Position numbers and translations under genes: made by a program. Below are positions 30,198 through 42,860 of a stretch of 64,000 nucleotides of DNA, in pieces (position 1 is the first letter of the stretch; the number at the start of each line of letters is the position of its first letter). Under the pieces are notes generated by a model, which was given only the letters and a program-made list of their open reading frames with translations, was not told where the DNA came from and did no database searches. Source of the DNA: Mayamaea pseudoterrestris (Eukaryota); the NCBI GenBank assembly GCA_027923505.1, contig BROI01000003.1:558001-622000 (forward strand), written 5' to 3'.

Positions 30198-31404
30198 TTA
30201 GGGAAATAGACGAAGGCTTCCATCATAGAGGGAACGCCCAGATGCGAGCCGAGAATCGTCTCGGAGCAATCCTTCACTGGGACAGACAGAGTCAAACAGG
30301 CCACGACCGTAGATTTCCTTCTCGGCCCAAAAAGGAAGGTCGAATGAGCTGTTTTGTAGCCTTGGATGATAATAGGTGGTTGCCTTGCCGGCGTTACAAA
30401 TGCTGGCAAAGCGTTTTCGCATGAGCTCCTCCTGGTTTGGTAGGGGAGCCGATTTTTCGGCAACAATGCAACCAATCTGACCAGTTGGATACTGGAACAT
30501 TAGAGCAATCAGGGAATGGTGAGCATTTGGCAGCGCGCAACGCCCAACGCGAAATCAACAAACAGCAGTCAAAGCAACGTACCGTACTAATCATGATTGA
30601 AGCATAACGCGCCTCGACGAATCCTACGTGGAACGCCAAGTCTCGCCACTTTCCAATGGCCTCCAAGTCAGATGGAATTTGCAACGACTCTGCCTGAATG
30701 TTCAAGACGCCGTTCGGTTTTAGCTTTCGATACAAGTTGGCAAAGTGTTCGACAGAGTACAAGACGCTTGACGGCAAATCGACGCGTTCACCAATCTCGT
30801 CGTGCGTCCAAGGATCACTGGAATCTTGAATGATCACATCGTACGTTTGATCGGCAACTTGATCCAAGAAGGCTGCCCCGTCCTTGATGTGGAGCTTGAC
30901 TCGTGGATCATCCCACACGGCGCCCCATGGAAACATGAGTTTGCAAACTTGAATGACGTCTTGATCAAGGTCGACATGATCAACATGCACGACCGATTCA
31001 TGCTTTAGCACCTCTTGAACGACGTATCCGTCCCCACCTCCAATCACCAGGACGCGTTTGGGGTTTGGATGCTGCATGAGAGGAAGATGCGCCATCATTT
31101 CGTTGTAGGCATTGCCGTCTCGTTCCGTCAACTGCAGAACTCCATCGAGCACTAATATCCTTCCAAAGTGTGGGTTGTGATGAACTTCGATCAACTGATA
31201 AGGAGACTGCTTGCGAATTAGTGGCTTGCTATCCTTGATGCGCAATCCTTGGTAGAAGCCAGTCTCGGGGAAGTACTCCCCGATATTGTGGTGCCGACTT
31301 GCAGCTGCCTCATGGTCAGTTTGTGACGTTGCACTTGCCGTCAGACAAAAGAGGCCAATTACAAGACGCAGGATGGTGGCTGATTGGCATTTTCGCAGCA
31401 GCAT
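30198..31404 (-). CDS. Spermidine synthase-family aminopropyltransferase with N-terminal signal peptide, two exons (intron 30492-30582)
   Basis: SPYQ, LVLDGVLQ, VLVIGGGDG, DSSDP, ST|YPTGQIG spliced across a GT-AG intron. Confidence 0.9.
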
Positions 31405-31849
31405 GATGATGCCAAAGTGCTGCTCGAGTAGTCGAGGTGTTGGCGCAAGTCCTCCTGTCGTTGAGAACGTTTCGAGATCCTAATATTTGAATGAAATTTG
31501 AGCTTCGAATCTCCGTTCCGCGCGCCGTGTGACGACGATGCGTTTCGTGCGCGAATGATGAGCACATTCTTGCTTATGGTGCGAAGCGTGATCAAACGCG
31601 TGTTCTCATATCATGGTGGATCTTGCACATCGGCGTGGCAGGAGTAATAACCCTCGTTTACCTGTTTTCTAGGCCTGTCGCACAGTGTTTAACCCTTCTT
31701 TACCGGCTCGACGCAGGCCATTCGATAAAGTGACACAAACTCGCAAGCTCCACGAAATTTCGGCTTCGAAAGACTACAGCCACTGCTGCCTTTAGTCTTA
31801 CCGTAGCTTCACCTTTCGTACCAGCACAGATTCTATAGGCGTTTTTGTT

Positions 31850-32398
31850 ATGGGCATAGCAAGCGTTGCAATCTCTGAGAAAGCAGGGCCGGTCAAGAGG
31901 AAGCGCGTCGTCGAAGTCGTCGCGGCCAGCTCGGCCTTTCCCATTTCAACCAAGCCGAAACGACAGTCAAGGCAATCATCGTTCGCAGCCGAGCGACTTG
32001 AAGAGCAGAAGCAGAAGGAAAAGAATTCAAAAATACTGGACTGGCATGATACTGTCAAGGAGGTGCGAAACTTTGGAGCGACTGCCTTTGTCGGCAAGCA
32101 AAAGCGCAACCATGAGGCGGAGGAATACAAGCGACTGACTGGTCGCGAGAAGAAGGGACAGCGAATTCCTTTGCCAATTGTGCGAGGCATTCAGAAAAAG
32201 GCGGCCCAGCGTGAGGCAAAGGTGCTTGAGGAAGCCAAGGCGGCGGGCATTGTCTTGCCTGCTGCAGCTGCGAGCAAGTCCAAGAAGGAAAAGGACAAGA
32301 ACAAAATAAATGAGGGGCATTCGTCACGACATGGACCAACCCCCTCGATTGGGCATGTCAATAAGGGAGTGTTAACTGTCAAGCGCAAGCCCATGTAA
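31850..32398 (+). CDS. Basic Faf1/DUF4602-like ribosome biogenesis protein
   Basis: VKEVRNFGA, G...PLPI..G, C-terminal SIGHVNKGVLTV pattern; family call tentative. Confidence 0.55.
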   Translation: MGIASVAISEKAGPVKRKRVVEVVAASSAFPISTKPKRQSRQSSFAAERLEEQKQKEKNSKILDWHDTVKEVRNFGATAFVGKQKRNHEAEEYKRLTGREKKGQRIPLPIVRGIQKKAAQREAKVLEEAKAAGIVLPAAAASKSKKEKDKNKINEGHSSRHGPTPSIGHVNKGVLTVKRKPM

Positions 32399-33182
32399 AT
32401 TGCATAATGGTCGGCCTGGCCGCGAAGCTACCGAGCAACCGAGGTACAGTTGCTGCGGCGATACCATACTGCCGCGACCAGGACGGCGGGGAAGAGTGAC
32501 AAGATCTTGTCGGCTAGCCAAACAAAAGAAAAAGTGTTCTGATAGGCAGGCGTTGCTCTACGTATCTCTGTGTGCTATCCGTTCCGTTGCACACGTTTTA
32601 GAGAAGCGAAAAAAGCCGGAGCGGTCATGAGCATCGTTCCTCGTTCATGAGCTCGGCTGTATATGTAATGAAGTAAGGATTTGTCACGAGTGATTTGCTT
32701 CAAAAGGAACCACCAATCGCATTGCCCTTACTTTTATCGTCAATTCGCTTTGCTTTCTCAAAGTGAGGGTCGCTCTGACCATTTCGCTCCGATGCTGCAA
32801 ACTGTTGCGATTTGGCCATTATTGCCAAGAATTACGGTAAGAGCTTACTCGTAACGAGATCCACTCTTCACTTTGATGTAGTCCTTGCGCATGGTGTGAC
32901 AACTTTCGTCGTATGCTTGGTTCAATAGATTTATGTGCTGATCCATAAGTTGCCCTCTTATCAGTCTCTTGTTTAAAGTAGAACATGCCAAGCCAGTCTA
33001 CACTGAACATTATAAAAGTAGCACGCCTTACTTTCTTATTTATATAAAAGACAATTAAGTAATGTTAAAGCTCTCGATACCCTCTTCTCTCAAACACAAC
33101 ATATATAGATTGCCACTGGACGACATCGTCCATCCAATCGTCAATTTCAATAAACTTGCAGTAAATACTCTCATGCCAAGCT

Positions 33183-34712
33183 TTACGCTCCCGACGTGTC
33201 GTGAGACGGGCGACAAAACTTGATCGTCCAGTCGTCCGGGTCCTCGGCGGGTACAATAGTGCATTTCTTGCAATAAACGTTTCCTCCTTTGCAAAGATAC
33301 CAATCGCGCTGGAGGTGCTCGGGCGCTGGCTGCCACAATGGAATGAATGGTGTAGGCGCGTTTCGCGCGTGCTTGCCGCATAACTGGATTTCAAAAAAGG
33401 GAGGATAAACCTTGCATCCTTGACAGTACGTCTTGCCGTCTTTATTCAAAACAAAGCCATTGATGTCGCGATGGAGCTTGTTGCCGGCAGGAAACTGAAC
33501 TGCAACTTGGTGAGCATCAGCCTGTAGGTCCGGAGCACGAGGAGGCTCGCCGGGTTGCACGGCAGACGCGGATCCTTGCTGCGCTGGAAGCGCTACATTT
33601 TCCGCGGCCAATTTAAAAGCATCTTGAGCATTTGCATTGGCCGTATGATGCGAAACCAGAGAATTAGTCGGACCAGCATTTCCAGCAGTGCGAAGCTGCT
33701 GCACTAACGTTGGACCATACGCATCGACGACTCCACCAGGTTTGCCAACTTGAGCAGTCTTTCCAAATTGTGGAACGTGCGGAGCATGCAAACCAAACGC
33801 TGAATCATGCAGGCCGACCATTCCACCAGGTTGACCATGTTGAGCAGCCACTCCGAAATGTTGAACGTGCGGACCATGCACACCATTCAATTGCCCGTGC
33901 GGGTCGATCATTCGAACAGGTTGACCACGACCATAATTAAACAGCCATTCCGTGATCGTGCGGACTGTCCAAACCAAACAGTTGAATACGCGAATCGACC
34001 ATTCCAAAACGATGCGACCAAAGAGTAGGCGCTGGATAACATGGACTGGACGGACCCGTGGTAGTGCATGATTAGGACCAGCTTGGCTGGCTGCTTCAAG
34101 AGGAAGACCTCGAGGAGCAGCGGTTCCGAAACCTTGACCATCCGAACCATTAGCTTCCGCAACCAACGCTCGCTCAAGCGACTGCAGCTCCACTTTTGTC
34201 ATTGGGAACATGTTCTCGGGGTCAGACTTGGGCGCCTTGACGACGTGCGAGATGGGCGTTCCCGTGCGCTCGCCAAAATCAAGTTGGCGAGAAAAGATGT
34301 CGGCGTCGGCATCGCTTGGAAAATTCGTCGCGCCGCCAGCACCTTGATCCTCCACGAAGTAGTCTTCCTTGTCTTCGTCGTCCTCCTCGGCGACTGGACT
34401 GGGAGCAGCCAAAGCTTTGGCAGCCTCAACAGCTTTCAATTCTTCAATGTATTCAAGCTGGGCTGGAGTCAGCGATTTAAGGTAGCGTCGGAGGCCCTTG
34501 GCCGAAGGCTTGTTCTTTATGTATATGTCATTGCTATACAGATCTTCCGCCTCCTTGCCGAAAACTTGGAAGAGGACCTTTCCCTTGGCGGCAGCCGGAT
34601 CATCGCGCTTAGCGTGGTGGCCTGCGACTTCCACTTTCTGGCGACGGATGCGAGCGACAGTTTGCGAGTCAGCAAGCACACCGGCACGTGGCTTAAAAGG
34701 CTGATGCGGCAT
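33183..34712 (-). CDS. Orphan 509-aa protein with internal 30-aa duplication and two C-terminal Cys/His clusters
   Basis: Long ORF starting at ATG; no recognised family. Confidence 0.65.
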   Translation of the reverse strand: MPHQPFKPRAGVLADSQTVARIRRQKVEVAGHHAKRDDPAAAKGKVLFQVFGKEAEDLYSNDIYIKNKPSAKGLRRYLKSLTPAQLEYIEELKAVEAAKALAAPSPVAEEDDEDKEDYFVEDQGAGGATNFPSDADADIFSRQLDFGERTGTPISHVVKAPKSDPENMFPMTKVELQSLERALVAEANGSDGQGFGTAAPRGLPLEAASQAGPNHALPRVRPVHVIQRLLFGRIVLEWSIRVFNCLVWTVRTITEWLFNYGRGQPVRMIDPHGQLNGVHGPHVQHFGVAAQHGQPGGMVGLHDSAFGLHAPHVPQFGKTAQVGKPGGVVDAYGPTLVQQLRTAGNAGPTNSLVSHHTANANAQDAFKLAAENVALPAQQGSASAVQPGEPPRAPDLQADAHQVAVQFPAGNKLHRDINGFVLNKDGKTYCQGCKVYPPFFEIQLCGKHARNAPTPFIPLWQPAPEHLQRDWYLCKGGNVYCKKCTIVPAEDPDDWTIKFCRPSHDTSGA

Positions 34713-37489
34713 AATAGAAGTAGTAGATAGTAAGCAGTTGTAAGCAAGTCTTTGCTGCGGGGGGTCGTCAAGGTGAAAGCGAAGGAATCACGAGACGCGC
34801 AGCAAAGAAGAAGTGACCAGTGGATGCGACAAGGCGGACGACTCGCCGATCAAGTCAAGGTCCTTTTGCTCACCAGTATCCAAGACCGAATTAATCAAGG
34901 ATACCTTGATATCACGCCAGCCATGCCGTGACGAGTCACGAACGATCGGGACTAATTGCTTGACACACCGGTCACGGTACCGGTAAGACAAACTGAATTG
35001 CTTCGAAGACGCCCTTTTCGGCAGCAAAACACGACTGTGCCGAGGACGATTGTCAAGTGGATGTTGTGATGTTACCTTTGCCATGAGTGTCAATACGAGT
35101 TTAAGTAATAAAGAAAAGTCATAAGTGCATGGGATTTTGATCATCGGGCTTGCCCCGCATCAGCTATACTTGAACCTAAATCCGGTGAACCTGAAACACA
35201 TTTTTTGATTTCGTTGCCGATTTCCGACCTGTGAACTGTCTTGGTTTCTTTCGGCCTGTCTACAAAACGCATCAATGCGTTACTTTCTTCAGTGTCAATG
35301 ACGCAAGCATAACTATATTCACCATCGTGATTTACAACCGCCCAATGAAACATTACCAGGGGAGCGAGGAGCGAGATGACAGTGTCCATTCACGCCAAAA
35401 AAGTTTAAGGCGAAGGGCAGGGGAAGTGGGGAAGTGGCTGCGGAGACGTATCCTCGTTGATGCCGCAGCCCAAAATCATGCCGACGCTTTGGTTGAAACG
35501 TGTCGATGTATGGTCCAGCTCACCCGCACGTCGATGAAGCAAATGAAGAGGAACCTTTTAAGCTTTACATGTTTTTTGCCAGCACTGACTCCTCGCCAGG
35601 ATGGTGAGGTTGATCTGGCAGGGACTCCAATTCACCGCCTTTTCAGTTACAATCGGACGAGGTTGAGAACCAGGAGATAGACCTTCGAAAAGCATCGCCA
35701 GAAACGGTCAGTTTGTCTGTCGCGGCGCCTAACTTGTTTACTTTAGGCGACTAGTTAAGAACTGCAACTTCACAATCGATAAATGCAGTGGCCGACAAAT
35801 TGACTTGTCGGGCAAATGTCAAAGGGGACATGACTTGGTGTAAGAATGGCGTTAACGGATGCTTCGCTTGTACCTCAAGCGCCAAGGAATATGATCAGTG
35901 TCGAAAGTAATTGTTGTGGGCTGTACAATCGATCTCAACAATCTTACAATAGACGGGTCCTAGCATGCAACCTAGATGACAACCTTTTTAAGCGTATCTT
36001 TTTTATATTCCTCGTGGCACAACGAGTGAGCTAAAGGACAATGCATTAGTACCAGAGTGGCGTATGGAAATCAGCTAGTCGCATGATCTTTTGCAGCATC
36101 ATGTCGAGAAGAACTACATCAGTATATCAAGCATGCCAAAATGGAAGCTCATTAGGGCAATCACGCTGGACATTAGTTGCGAGCAAGCAAGGGTTGTAAA
36201 CAAGTAGACAACCAAGCTCACCACAAGGTTAGAAGATTTTTTTGCTGAGGTTAGTGGACCTTACGTCGTTAATACTGGAGCTACTGATTTGGATTGGTGG
36301 GTCAGTACACGGATCGAGTATGATAATGCTTTACAAACATCTCTTGCAAAATCGAAAGGCAAGAGTGGATCCACAATGGTGCCGCACAAAATGCCTTTCA
36401 AGCTTTGTTGTTTGGTCTATAAGGCATCAACAGAGCGAGTCATTTTTTATTGCATGTAGGGTTGATAAGTGGTTTATAAAGATACCATTTGCAAGCTAAA
36501 TTTTGACGCGACCAAGCAGGTGCGATTTCAATGACGACGCCTTACCAGGGAAGCGATGCATCCTTTTCTTTAATTAAGGAAGGGGTCTTTTTACCTTCAT
36601 GAGTTTTACGCTTGTTATCAGTTCCAGTGATCACAGCAATTTAAAAGCATCGATTGGGGAGGAAGGCAGTACGAGGATGAATTTGTGAGCGACAAATGCG
36701 TCCGGAGGGAGGCACTATCATAGTTAATTATTTGCCGTGCTTGTGTTCAAGAAAGGTTCACACGCTGCATAGCTATGGGAGAACGAATCGGCAGCAGAGA
36801 AACGCAGACGAGAGGGCAGAGGATCTTAGCAAAATTGAAGTGCCAGCAGTCAAGACCATATATAACTTGTCCGTTGTCGACAAAAACCATTGAAGGTGAG
36901 TGTAGCAGTCTAATTTTGAAATTACTATGTTGTATGGCACTGCGCATAGTTCTTATACCAGCTATGTGACAAAGTTTTGTGTAAGAGCTTGAAACATATG
37001 CGGCACCTCATGGATGAGTCGCGCCACTGCCGCTGAGCCTACTTCAGTCTATCTATAAATCTTTGCCCGTTCTCTTTGTGCGCCACATGTTCGTTTGGAT
37101 TGCATTGAAAAAACTCCTTATCCTTACACATCCGTCCTAGCGCTTCTTGGTCAACATCCTAGCAGTGTCCCATGTAGCATGCATTGCTGCTGCACACTTG
37201 ATTGTGATTTTCCTTATGCTTGACAATGTGGGAACCACTGAGGAAGGCTGTATTTAGGTTGCTTCGTCGAGGTATAGTCACACACACCGCCTTTTGCTTT
37301 TCACAACGTCTTACATCTTTGCCAACTACACAAAACGCTAGTTTTAGCGACGTGGCATAGACCTTATCATATAGGGTAATGACATTGCCAAGTGACGCGT
37401 CGATGATGCCGGTAGTGCCTGGTGCCCAGTGCCCAGTGCCCGGAAGCTGTGCGTGCTTCTTTTGGTGGTCAGTTGTTGATTGCATGTAA

Positions 37490-40400
37490 ATATGGTGCCA
37501 ACATCCTTATTCAGTCTGCGCTACAAGATGGGTTGCCTGGTTGGTGTCTCAGAAGACTGCAATGTGACTGGTGTGATCTTCTCACCAGTCTCAGCCTGCA
37601 GAGGCCTTGACATTCAAACGCCCATAAACATGCCATGTATACACCCTAAGCACACCAAAATTGTGCCAACATCATTATTCAGTCTGCGCTACAAGATGCC
37701 TTGACTGGCTAGTATAGGGGTAGACTGCATTGAGATTGGTGACAACTTGTCACCAGTCTCAGCCCGCAGATGCCATGACATGCAAACGCCCCTACAGCAG
37801 GCCCTGTAGGTGCCCAAAATACACCAGAATGGTGCCAACATCATTTTTCAGGCTGCGCTACAAGATGGTAAGCTTGGCTGGTGTCTCAGGGGATGGCAAT
37901 GTATTTGGTGACAACTTGTCACCAGTCTCAGCCCGCAGATGCCATGACATTCAATTGCCCCTATAACATGGCCTGTATGCACCCAAATCACACCAAAATG
38001 GTGCCAAGATCATTATTCAGTCTACGCTACAAGATTTTATGCCTGGTTGGTGTCTCAGTAGACTGCAATGTATTTGGTGACAACTTGTCACCAGTCTCAG
38101 CCAGTAGATGCCATGACTTTCAAACAAACCTACAGCAGGCCCTGTAGGTGCCCAAACTACACCATAATGGTGCCAACATCATTATTCAGGCTGCGCTGCA
38201 AGATGGTAAGTTTGGATGGTGTCTCAGGGCAGGACAATGTATTTTGTGACAACTTGTCACCAGTCTCAGCCCGCAGATGCCATGACATTTAAACACACCT
38301 ACAGCAGGCCCTGTAGGTGCCCAAATAACACCAGAATGGTGCCAACATCATTTTTGAGGCTGCGCTACAAAATGGTAAGCTTGGCTGGTAACTCAGGGGA
38401 CGACAATGTATTTGGTGACAACTTGTCACCAGTCTCAGCCCGCAGATGCCATGACATTCAAACACCCCTACAGCAGGCCCTGTAGGTGCCCAAACTACAC
38501 CAGAATGGTGCCAACATCATTATTTGAGGCTGCGCTACAAGATGGTAAGCTTGGCTGGTGTCTCAGTAGACTGCAATGTCTTTGGTGACAACTTGTCTCC
38601 AGGCTCAGCCCGCAGATGCCATGACATTCAAACACCCCCTACAGCAGGCCCTGTAGGTGCCCAAATTACACCTGAATGGTGCCAACATCATTATTCAGGC
38701 TGCGCTACAAGATGGTAAGCTTGGCTGGTGTCTCAGGGGATGGCAATGTCTTTGGTGACAACATGTCACCAGTCTCAGCCCGCAGATGCCATGACTTTAA
38801 AACACACCTACAGCAGGCCTTGTAGGCGCCCAAAAAACACCAGAATAGTGCCAACATCATTTTTCAGGCTGCGCTACAAGATGGTAAGCTTGGCTGGTGT
38901 CTCAGGGGATGACATTGTATTTGGTGACAACTTGTCACCAGTCTCAGCCCGCAGATGCCATGCCTTGCAAACACACCTACACCAAGCCCTGTAGGTGCCC
39001 AAATTACACCAAAATGGTGCCAACATCATAATTCAGTCTACGCTACAAGATGGTAAGCTTGGCTGGTGTCTCAGGGGATGGCAATGTATTTGGTGACAAC
39101 TTGTCACCAGTCTCAGCCCGCAGATGCCAGATATTCAATAGCCCCTATAACATGCCCTGTATACACCCAAATCCCAGCAGAATGCTGCCAACATCATTAT
39201 TCAGGCTGCGCTACAAGATGGTAAGCTTGGCTGATGTCTCGGTAGATGGCAATGTATTTGGTGACAACTTGTCACCAGTCTCAGCCCGCAGATGCCATGA
39301 CTTTCAAACACACCTACAGCAGGCCCTGTAGGTGCCCAAATCCCAGCAGAATGCTGCCAACATCATTATTCAGGCTGCGCTACAAGATGGTAAGCTTGGC
39401 TGGTGTCTCGGTAGATGGCAATGTATTTGGTGACAACTTGTCACCAGTCTCAGCCAGCAGATGCCATTACTTTCAAATGCCCCTACAGCAGGCCCTGTAG
39501 GTGCCCAAATTACACCAGAATGGTGCCAACATCATTTTTCATGCTGCGCTACAAGATGGTATGCTTGGCTGGTGTCTCAAGGGATGGCAATGTATTTGGT
39601 GACAACTTGTCACCAGTCTCAGCCTGCAGATGCCATGACATTCAGACACATCTACAGCAGGCCCGGTAGGTGCCCAAATTACACTATAACGGTGCCAACA
39701 TCATTTTTGAGGCTGCGCTACAAGATGGTAAGCTTGGCTGGTGTCTCAGGGGATGGCAATGTATTTGGTGACAACTTGTCACCAGTCTCAGCCCGCAGAT
39801 GCCATGACATTCAATTGCCCCTATAACATGGCCTGTATGCACCCAAATCACACCAAAATGGTGCCAACATCATTAGTCAGTCTCCGCTACAAGATGGTAA
39901 GCTTGGCTGGTGTCTCGGTAGATGGCAATGTATTTGGTGACAACTTGTCACCAGTCTCAGCCAGCAGATGCCATTACTTTCAACAAACCTACAGCAGGCC
40001 CTGTAGGTGCCCAAACTACACCATAATGGTGCCAACATCATTTTTCAGGCTGCGCTACAAGATGGTAAGCTTGGCTGGTGTCTCAGGGGACGACAATGTA
40101 TTTGGTGACAATTTGTCACCAGTCTCAGCCCGCAGATGCCAGAATATTCAATTGCCCCTATAACATGCCCTGTATACGCCCAAATCCCAACAGAATGCTG
40201 GCAACATCATTTTTCAGGCTGCGCTACAAGATGGTAAGCTTGGTTGGTGTCTCAGGGGATGGCAATGTCTTTGGTGACAACTTGTCACCAGTCTCAGCCC
40301 GCAGATGCCAGATATTCAATTGCCCCTATAACATGCCCTGTATACGCCCAAACCCCAGCAGAATGCTGCCAACATGATTTTGCAGGCTGCGCTACAAGAT

Positions 40401-42860
40401 GGTAAGCTTGGCTGGTGTCTCAGGGGATGGCAATGTCTTTGGTGACAACTTGTCACCAGTCTCAGCCTGCAGATGCCATGACATTCAAACACACCTACAG
40501 CAGGCCCTGTAGGTGCCCAAATTACACCAGAATGGTGCCAACATGATTTTGCAGGCTGCGCTACAAGATGGTAAGCTTGGCTGGTGTCTCAGGGGATGGC
40601 AATGTCTTTGGTGACAACTTGTCACCAGTCTCAGCCCGCAGATGCCAGAATATTCAATTGCCCCTACAGCAGGCCCTGTAGGTGTCTATATTACACCAGA
40701 ATGGTGCCAACATCAATGTTTAGACTGCGCTACAAGATGATAAGCTTGGCTGGTGTCTCAGGGGATGGCAATGTATTTGGTGACAACTTGTCACCAGTCT
40801 CAGCCCGCAGATGCCATGACACTCAAACGCCCCTATAGGAGGCCCTGTAGGTGCCCAAATTACACCAGAATGGTGGCAACATCATTTTTCATGCTGCGCT
40901 ACAAGATGGTATGCTTGGCTGGTGTCTCAAGGGATGGCAATGTATTTGGTGACAACTTGTCACCAGTCTCAGCCTGCAGATGCCATGACATTCAGACACA
41001 TCTACAGCAGGCCCGGTAGGTGCCCAAATTACACTATAACGGTGCCAACATCATTTTTGAGGCTGCGCTACAAGATGGTAGGCTTGGCTGGTGTCTCAGG
41101 GGATGGCAATGTATTTGGTGACAACTTGTCACCAGTCTCAGCCCGCAGATGCCATGACTTTCAAACAAACCTACAGCAGGCCCTGTAGGTGCCCAAACTA
41201 CACCATACTGGATTCACCAACATCATTATTCAGGCTGCGCTACAAGATGGTAAAATTGGCTGGTGTCTCAGGGGATGGCAATGTATTTGGTGACAACTTG
41301 TCACCAGTCTCAGCCCACAGATGCCATGACACTCAAACGCCCCTACAGCAGGCCCTGTAGGTGCCCAAACTACACCATACTGGTGTCACCAACATCATTT
41401 TTCAGGCTGCGCTACAAGATGGTAAGCTTGGCTGGTGTCTCAGGGGATGGCAATGTATTTGGTGACAACTTGTCACCAGTCTCAGCCCGCAGATGCCATG
41501 ACATTTAAACACACCTACAGCAGGCCCTGTAGGTGCCCAAATTACACCAAAATGGTGTTAACATCATAATTCAGTCTACGCTACAAGATGGTAAGCTTGG
41601 CTGGTGTCTCAGGGGATGGCAATGTATTTGGTGACAACTTGTCACCAGTCTCAGCCCGCAGATGCCAGATATTCAATAGCCCCTATAACATGCCCTGTAT
41701 ACGCCCAAATCCCAGCAGAATGCTGCCAACATCATTTTTCAGGCTGCGCTACAAGATGGTAAAATTGGCTGGTGTCTCAGGGGATGGCAAAGTATTTGGT
41801 GAACAACTTGTCACCAGTCTCAGCCCGCAGATACCGTGACATTTAAACACACCTACAGCAGGCCCTGTAGGTGCCCAAATTATACCAGAATGGTGCCAAC
41901 ATCATTATTTGGGCTGCGCTACAAGATGGTATGCCTGGCTGGGGTCTCAGGGGATAACAATGTAATTGGTGACAACTTGTCACCAGTCTCAGCCCTCAGA
42001 TGCCTTGACACCCAAACGCTCCTACAGCACGCCATGTATACACCCAATTTACACCAGAATGGTGCCAACATCATTATTTGGGCTGCGCTACAAGATGGTA
42101 TGCCTGTATGATGTCTCAGGGGATGGCAATGTGATTGGTGACAACTTGTCACCAGTCTCAGCCCGCAGATGCCTTGACTTTCAAACACACCTACAGCAGG
42201 CCCTGTAGGTGCCCAAATTACACCAGAATAGTGCCAGCATCATTTTTCAGGCTGCGCTACAAGATGGTAAGCTTGGCTGGTGTCTCAGGGGATGGCAAAG
42301 TATTTGGTGACAACTTGTCACCAGTCTCAGCCCGCAGATGCCGTGACATTAAAACACACCTACACCAAGCCCTGTAGGTGCCCAAATTACACCAGAATGG
42401 TGCCAACATCATTTTTCAGGCTGAGCTACAAGATGGTAAGCTTGGTTGGTGTCTCAGTAGACTGCAATGTATTTGGTGACAACTTGTCACCAGTCTCAGC
42501 CCGCAGATGCCATGACTTTCAAACAAACATACAGCAGGCCCTGTAGGTGCCCAAATAACACCAGAATGGTGCCATCATCATTATTCAGGCTGCGCTACAA
42601 GATGGTATGCCTGGCTGGTGTCTCAGGGGATGGCAATGTATTTGGTGACAACTTGTCACCAGTCTCAGCCCGCAGATGCCAGAATATTCAATTGCCCCTA
42701 TAACATGCCCTGTATACGCCCAAATCACACCAAAATGGTGCCAACATCATTATTCACTCTGCGCTACAAGATTTTATGCCTGGTGGGTGTCTCAGAAAAC
42801 TGCGATGTGATTGGTGACAAGGTGTCACCGTTCTTGGTCCATATATGCCATGGTTTTCAA
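37490..42860. repeat. 169-bp tandem satellite, ~32 copies
   Basis: Recurrent monomer GGTGCCAACATCATT..CAGGCTGCGCTACAAGATGGTAAGCTTGGCTGGTGTCTCAGGGGATGGCAATGTATTTGGTGACAACTTGTCACCAGTCTCAGCCCGCAGATGCC..CCTACAGCAGGCCCTGTAGG; ORF starts recur at 169-nt steps (40584, 40753, 40922, 41091). Confidence 0.97.

Noticed and set aside
37890..37940. Hammerhead ribozyme in the satellite minus strand (CTGAGAC + hairpin)
   Set aside because: The core does not fit CUGANGA and the stem is followed by AATA rather than GAAA; a covariance-model search would settle it.
37490..42860. CRISPR array suggested by regularly spaced palindromes
   Set aside because: Sequence between the palindromes is itself repeated, so there are no unique spacers; no cas genes; eukaryotic context.
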